Source: Gemmatales bacterium
GTDB taxonomy: Bacteria > Planctomycetota > Planctomycetia > Gemmatales > HRBIN36
Direction: 5' to 3'
Assembly: GCA_041640595.1 (NCBI GenBank)
Contig: JBEPZY010000003.1
Span: forward strand, 444,342-508,341
DNA: 64,000 nucleotides
In this document: positions 60,394 through 64,000 of the stretch, one piece after another
How positions within the stretch are numbered: position 1 is the first letter of the stretch
Layout of the letters: each line of letters begins with the position of its first letter
The notes under the pieces: generated by a model
Seen by the model: the letters and a program-made list of their open reading frames with translations, nothing else
What the model was told of the DNA's origin: nothing
The model's database searches: none
Program-made: the position numbers and the translations under genes

Positions 60394-61038
60394 ATGGGAC
60401 GCTACCTCGACGCCGTCTGTAAATTGTGCCGACGCGAAGGCAAAAAACTTTACCTCAAGGGCAGCCGCTGCTATTCCCCCAAGTGTGCCATCGAGCGGCG
60501 GAATTATCCGCCGGGCATGCACAATCGGCGAACCAAACTGAGCGAGTATGGCCTGCGGCTCCGGGAAAAGCAACGGCTCAAGCGATTTTATGGCGTCTCC
60601 CAGCGTCAGTTCGAACGCATCTTCGACATTGCTTCGCGTTCCAAGGAAAACACCGGCGAAATGTTACTGACGCTCATGGAGAGGCGGCTGGACAATATCG
60701 TGCATCGGCTGGGCTGGGCGGTGAGCCGACGGGCCGCTCGTCAGATGGTGGCTCACGGGCACATCAAAGTAAACGGTCGCCGCGTGGATATTCCCAGCTA
60801 CCTGGTCAACGTCAACGACGAGATCACCCTGCGACCATCGGCGAAGACCCTGCAGATGGTGAAAGATGCCCTGAGCCAGATGTCGGCAAATCAGCCTCCG
60901 GCTTTTCTGGAAGTTAGCAATGGTGAGAACCCGCGAGCCAAGGTAGTCCGGTTGCCGACCTACGAGGACGTGGATCCCAGGATCACGCGCGAAATTGAAA
61001 TCAACCCGCAACTCATCATCGAATTCACCACCCGCTAA
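60394..61038 (+). CDS. rpsD: 30S ribosomal protein S4
   Basis: CKLCRREG, LREKQRLK, ERRLDN and ARQMVAHGHI. Confidence 0.98.
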   Translation: MGRYLDAVCKLCRREGKKLYLKGSRCYSPKCAIERRNYPPGMHNRRTKLSEYGLRLREKQRLKRFYGVSQRQFERIFDIASRSKENTGEMLLTLMERRLDNIVHRLGWAVSRRAARQMVAHGHIKVNGRRVDIPSYLVNVNDEITLRPSAKTLQMVKDALSQMSANQPPAFLEVSNGENPRAKVVRLPTYEDVDPRITREIEINPQLIIEFTTR

Positions 61039-61213
61039 GCTGCTGCGAGAGCGATTCGGTCTTGAGCGTTGGGGTGGAATCTGGTAGAGCGAAAAAGCGA
61101 CAACGCTCTCAGCGTTGTCTCAGGGAATTGCCTTGGGGGCCAACGAAACGGCGGATGCAGGCTCGCTCTGTAGAGGCCCCGGCGAGCGAGACAATCCGCG
61201 GAGGGTAAAACGT

Positions 61214-62215
61214 ATGCGGATTCGCTGGCGCGGTTTGGAGCTTCCCAGCAAGCTCACTTGTGATCGAACAACCCTGACCGATACCTACGGCAAATTCTAC
61301 TGCGAGCCCTTTGAACCGGGCTTTGCCGTAACCATAGGGAACAGTCTGCGGCGGGTGTTGCTTTCCAGCCTGGAAGGAAGCGCGGTTACGCGCGTCAAGA
61401 TTGAGGGAGTAGCCCACGAAATTACCACCATTCCCGGCGTGGTGGAAGATGTAACCGACATCATCCTCAACATCAAAAGCCTGGTGGTCAAAAACACCAG
61501 CGACCAGCCGCAAACCATTTACATTCGCCGGGAAGAACGTGGGATCGTCCGTGCCGCGGACATCATCACCACCGAATCGGTGCACATTATCAACCCGGAA
61601 CACATTATTGCCACGTTGACCGAAGATGTTCGCTTCAACGTGGAAATGACCGTGGAAAACGGCCGTGGTTACCGCACTGCCGAGGAAAACGCCGGGAAGG
61701 ATCGGGAAATCGGCGTGATTCCGCTCGACGCCAGTTTTTCGCCGGTCGTGCGTGTGCGGTTCAGCACCGAGGAAACGCGGGTGGGTCAGCGCACCAATTA
61801 CGAACGGCTCATTCTGGAAATCTGGACGAATGGTACGATCACTCCGCAACTGGCTATCGTCGAGGCTGCCAAAATCCTCCGCAAGCATCTCAACCCATTT
61901 ATCGAGTACACTGACCTGGGCCCGGAAGTGCCTGCCGTAGAGGAACACGCCGAGGCACCCTCGGGGCCGTTCGTGGACCTCGAACTGATGCGCAAGCTCG
62001 ACATGAGCACCTCGGAGTTCGGCCTGGACTTGCGAGTGTGCAATACCCTGGAATCGCACGGCATCCTGACTATTCGCGATCTCGTCGCTCATACCGAGGA
62101 TGAGCTGCTGCAGATTCGCAATTTCGGAGAGACGACGCTGAAGTACGTCAAGGATAAACTGGCCGAAGCCGGGCTCCATCTGGGCATGAAAGTACCCGGA
62201 GCCCGCACCAGCTGA
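61214..62215 (+). CDS. rpoA: RNA polymerase alpha subunit
   Basis: [19 protein letters not shown] and IRNFGETTL. Confidence 0.97.
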   Translation: MRIRWRGLELPSKLTCDRTTLTDTYGKFYCEPFEPGFAVTIGNSLRRVLLSSLEGSAVTRVKIEGVAHEITTIPGVVEDVTDIILNIKSLVVKNTSDQPQTIYIRREERGIVRAADIITTESVHIINPEHIIATLTEDVRFNVEMTVENGRGYRTAEENAGKDREIGVIPLDASFSPVVRVRFSTEETRVGQRTNYERLILEIWTNGTITPQLAIVEAAKILRKHLNPFIEYTDLGPEVPAVEEHAEAPSGPFVDLELMRKLDMSTSEFGLDLRVCNTLESHGILTIRDLVAHTEDELLQIRNFGETTLKYVKDKLAEAGLHLGMKVPGARTS

Positions 62216-62286
62216 TACACGGAAAGGCAAGTCCAGCTGGCCTCGGTCGGTCATGCGAATGCTGGGCGTCAACCGGAGAATTCACC

Positions 62287-62820
62287 ATGCGCCATCAAAA
62301 AGCCGGTCGCAAACTCGGACGCAATGCTGCCCATCGCCGCGCACTGATGCGTAACCTGGCCTGGGCATTGTTCCAGCACGAGCGAGTGGTCACCACAGTG
62401 GCCAAAGCCAAGGAAGTTCGCCGTTTCGTCGAGCGGATTATCACGATCGCGCGCAAAGATACCCTGCATGCGCGGCGACTGGTGCTGGCACGGATGGGCG
62501 GGAAAAAACGCGTCTGGGTTCAGCAAAAGGATGGCCGAGAAATCGAGGTGGACCTGTTCCAGAAATTGTTCCGTGAAATCGCTCCGCGTTATCGAGAGCG
62601 TCCGGGCGGTTACACGCGGGTGGTGAAATTGACCCGCCGTAGAGTTGGCGATGCCGCCCCACTGGCCGTCATCGAACTGGTCAAAGAACCTTACGAGCCG
62701 AAAGAAAAACGCCAGCCTTCCACCCAGGAGGTCGTCCGTCCGGAGGTCACATCACCACCGCCGACCGAATCCTCCTCCGCTCCTGGCTCATCGGAATCCT
62801 CGGCTCCCTCCGCACCATAA
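62287..62820 (+). CDS. rplQ: 50S ribosomal protein L17 with a Ser/Pro-rich tail
   Basis: MRHQKAGRKLGR, TTVAKAKE and RPGGYTR. Confidence 0.97.
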   Translation: MRHQKAGRKLGRNAAHRRALMRNLAWALFQHERVVTTVAKAKEVRRFVERIITIARKDTLHARRLVLARMGGKKRVWVQQKDGREIEVDLFQKLFREIAPRYRERPGGYTRVVKLTRRRVGDAAPLAVIELVKEPYEPKEKRQPSTQEVVRPEVTSPPPTESSSAPGSSESSAPSAP

Positions 62821-62901
62821 TCGAAAGTTTGCCCGCCACTGCACCGACGTGCGAGAACTACTGCCACGTTCCCTCTGCACCATAATCGAAAGTTGGCCCG
62901 C
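62805..62901. repeat. Direct-repeat doublet H (32 bp, 30/32 identical, 33-bp insert) duplicating the rplQ stop region
   Basis: TCCCTCCGCACCATAATCGAAAGTTTGCCCGC versus TCCCTCTGCACCATAATCGAAAGTTGGCCCGC. Confidence 0.9.
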
Positions 62902-63052
62902 TCCGGTACGTTCGTCCGCTCTGACTTTGCCCTAATGGAAAGATGGCCAATATCCAAAGCCTTATTGCTGCTCGGGGACGGTATCCTCGGCTTTAGCTTT
63001 GCCGCAGGCCATTCGCATTTGCCTGCAAGCGGGGCGTTGCCGTCTGCTCACC

Positions 63053-64000
63053 CAGGAGCGGCGGGCGTTAGCCCGCCGTGGGTGCTACGATGACGGGCTA
63101 CAATGCCCATCAAGTAATGGTCGGCGCATAGCGACTGTCGAACAAAGAGCGGCGGGTGTTAGCCCGCCGTGGGTGCTACGATGACGGGCTGCAATGCACA
63201 TCGAGCAATGGTCGGCGCATAGCGACTGTCGAACAAAGAGCGGCGGGTGTCAGCCCGCCGTGGGTGCCACGATGACGGGCTGCAATGCACATCGAGCAAT
63301 GGTCGGCGCATAGCGACTGTCGAACAAAGAGCGGCGGGCGTTAGCCCGCCGTGGATCTGGTAGATCGAACGTAGTCCGCGGGGTGCCGCAATTACCCGCA
63401 AGCACGCTACGTAACCCACGGTCGGCTCACGCCGACCGCTCTTGTTGCACGACGCTACGCCCGACCGAAAAATAACGACATCTGCGATGCACGAACGCCC
63501 GTTCACAAGAGCGGCGGGCGTTATCCCGCCGTGGGTGCTACGATGACGGGCTGCAATGCACATCGAGCAATGGTCGGCGCATAGCGACTGTCGAACAAAG
63601 AGCGGCGGGCGTCAGCCCGCCGTGGATTTTCAAACCACGTCTGCAAGTGCCATACGCTGGATTTCCGCGTTGCGAACTCGCATGTGAGTCCATGAATCCA
63701 CGGGGGGCTTACGCCCCCCGCTCTTGTGTAGCCGTGCGAATGTCCGCCGACAAAAAGCGATGTTTACGATGCACGAACGCCCGTTCACAGGAGCGGCGGA
63801 CGTCAGCCCGCCGTGGATTTTCAAACCCCGCTGCAAGTGCCATACGCTGGATTTCCGCGTTGCGAACTCGGTGAGTCCACGGGGGGCTTACGCCCCCCGC
63901 TCTTGTATTGCCGTGCGAATGTCCGTCGACAAAAAAGCGATTTTTGCGATGCACATACGAACGTTCACAAGAGCGGCGGGTGTCAGCCCGCCGTGGGTGC
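63053..64000. repeat. REP/BIME-like palindrome mosaic, array 2 (runs off the window end)
   Basis: Direct REPs at 63056, 63147, 63238, 63329 (91-bp period), 63509, 63600, 63791 and 63971; inverted copies at 63416, 63698 and 63877. Confidence 0.92.

Noticed and set aside
63053..63630. 91-bp periodic units as a CRISPR array
   Set aside because: The apparent spacers are near-identical and about 63 bp long, so this is a tandem amplification
1..64000. tRNA, rRNA, prophage, transposase or defence genes
   Set aside because: None recognisable by eye; a covariance-model scan would be needed to exclude small ncRNAs

Overview
GC-rich bacterial chromosome segment, very likely from a planctomycete (Gemmatales-like is an inference). 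The evidence is a DUF1501 gene followed by a DUF1549/DUF1553 gene, several PQQ beta-propellers, a Ser/Thr kinase, and expanded SecA and CusA proteins. Most of the window is housekeeping: lnt, hisF, pilT, hisS, gyrA, ppa, sppA, ubiX, rph, secA, waaA, and rpmJ-rpsM-rpsK-rpsD-rpoA-rplQ. It also holds a CusCBA-type heavy-metal efflux cluster and an ECF sigma/anti-sigma pair. I found no rRNA, tRNA, cas, integrase or transposase gene. Four unusual signals lie outside the standard gene calls. (1) At least eight mutually unrelated doublets consist of a 29-33 bp direct repeat, a 30-44 bp unique insert, and the same repeat again. Two of them duplicate the stop-codon region of a gene. This is the geometry expected from ectopic Cas1-Cas2-like spacer integration. 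(2) A DUF1573-like ORF has an in-frame TGA in a C-U-xxx-C context followed by a SECIS-like hairpin, making it a candidate selenoprotein. (3) Two large REP/BIME-like palindrome mosaics show compensatory stem changes. (4) The same palindrome is inserted in-frame, amplified and diverged inside a protein gene, giving 13-aa His/Asp/Cys-rich repeats. All calls come from reading the sequence by eye; no searches were run.
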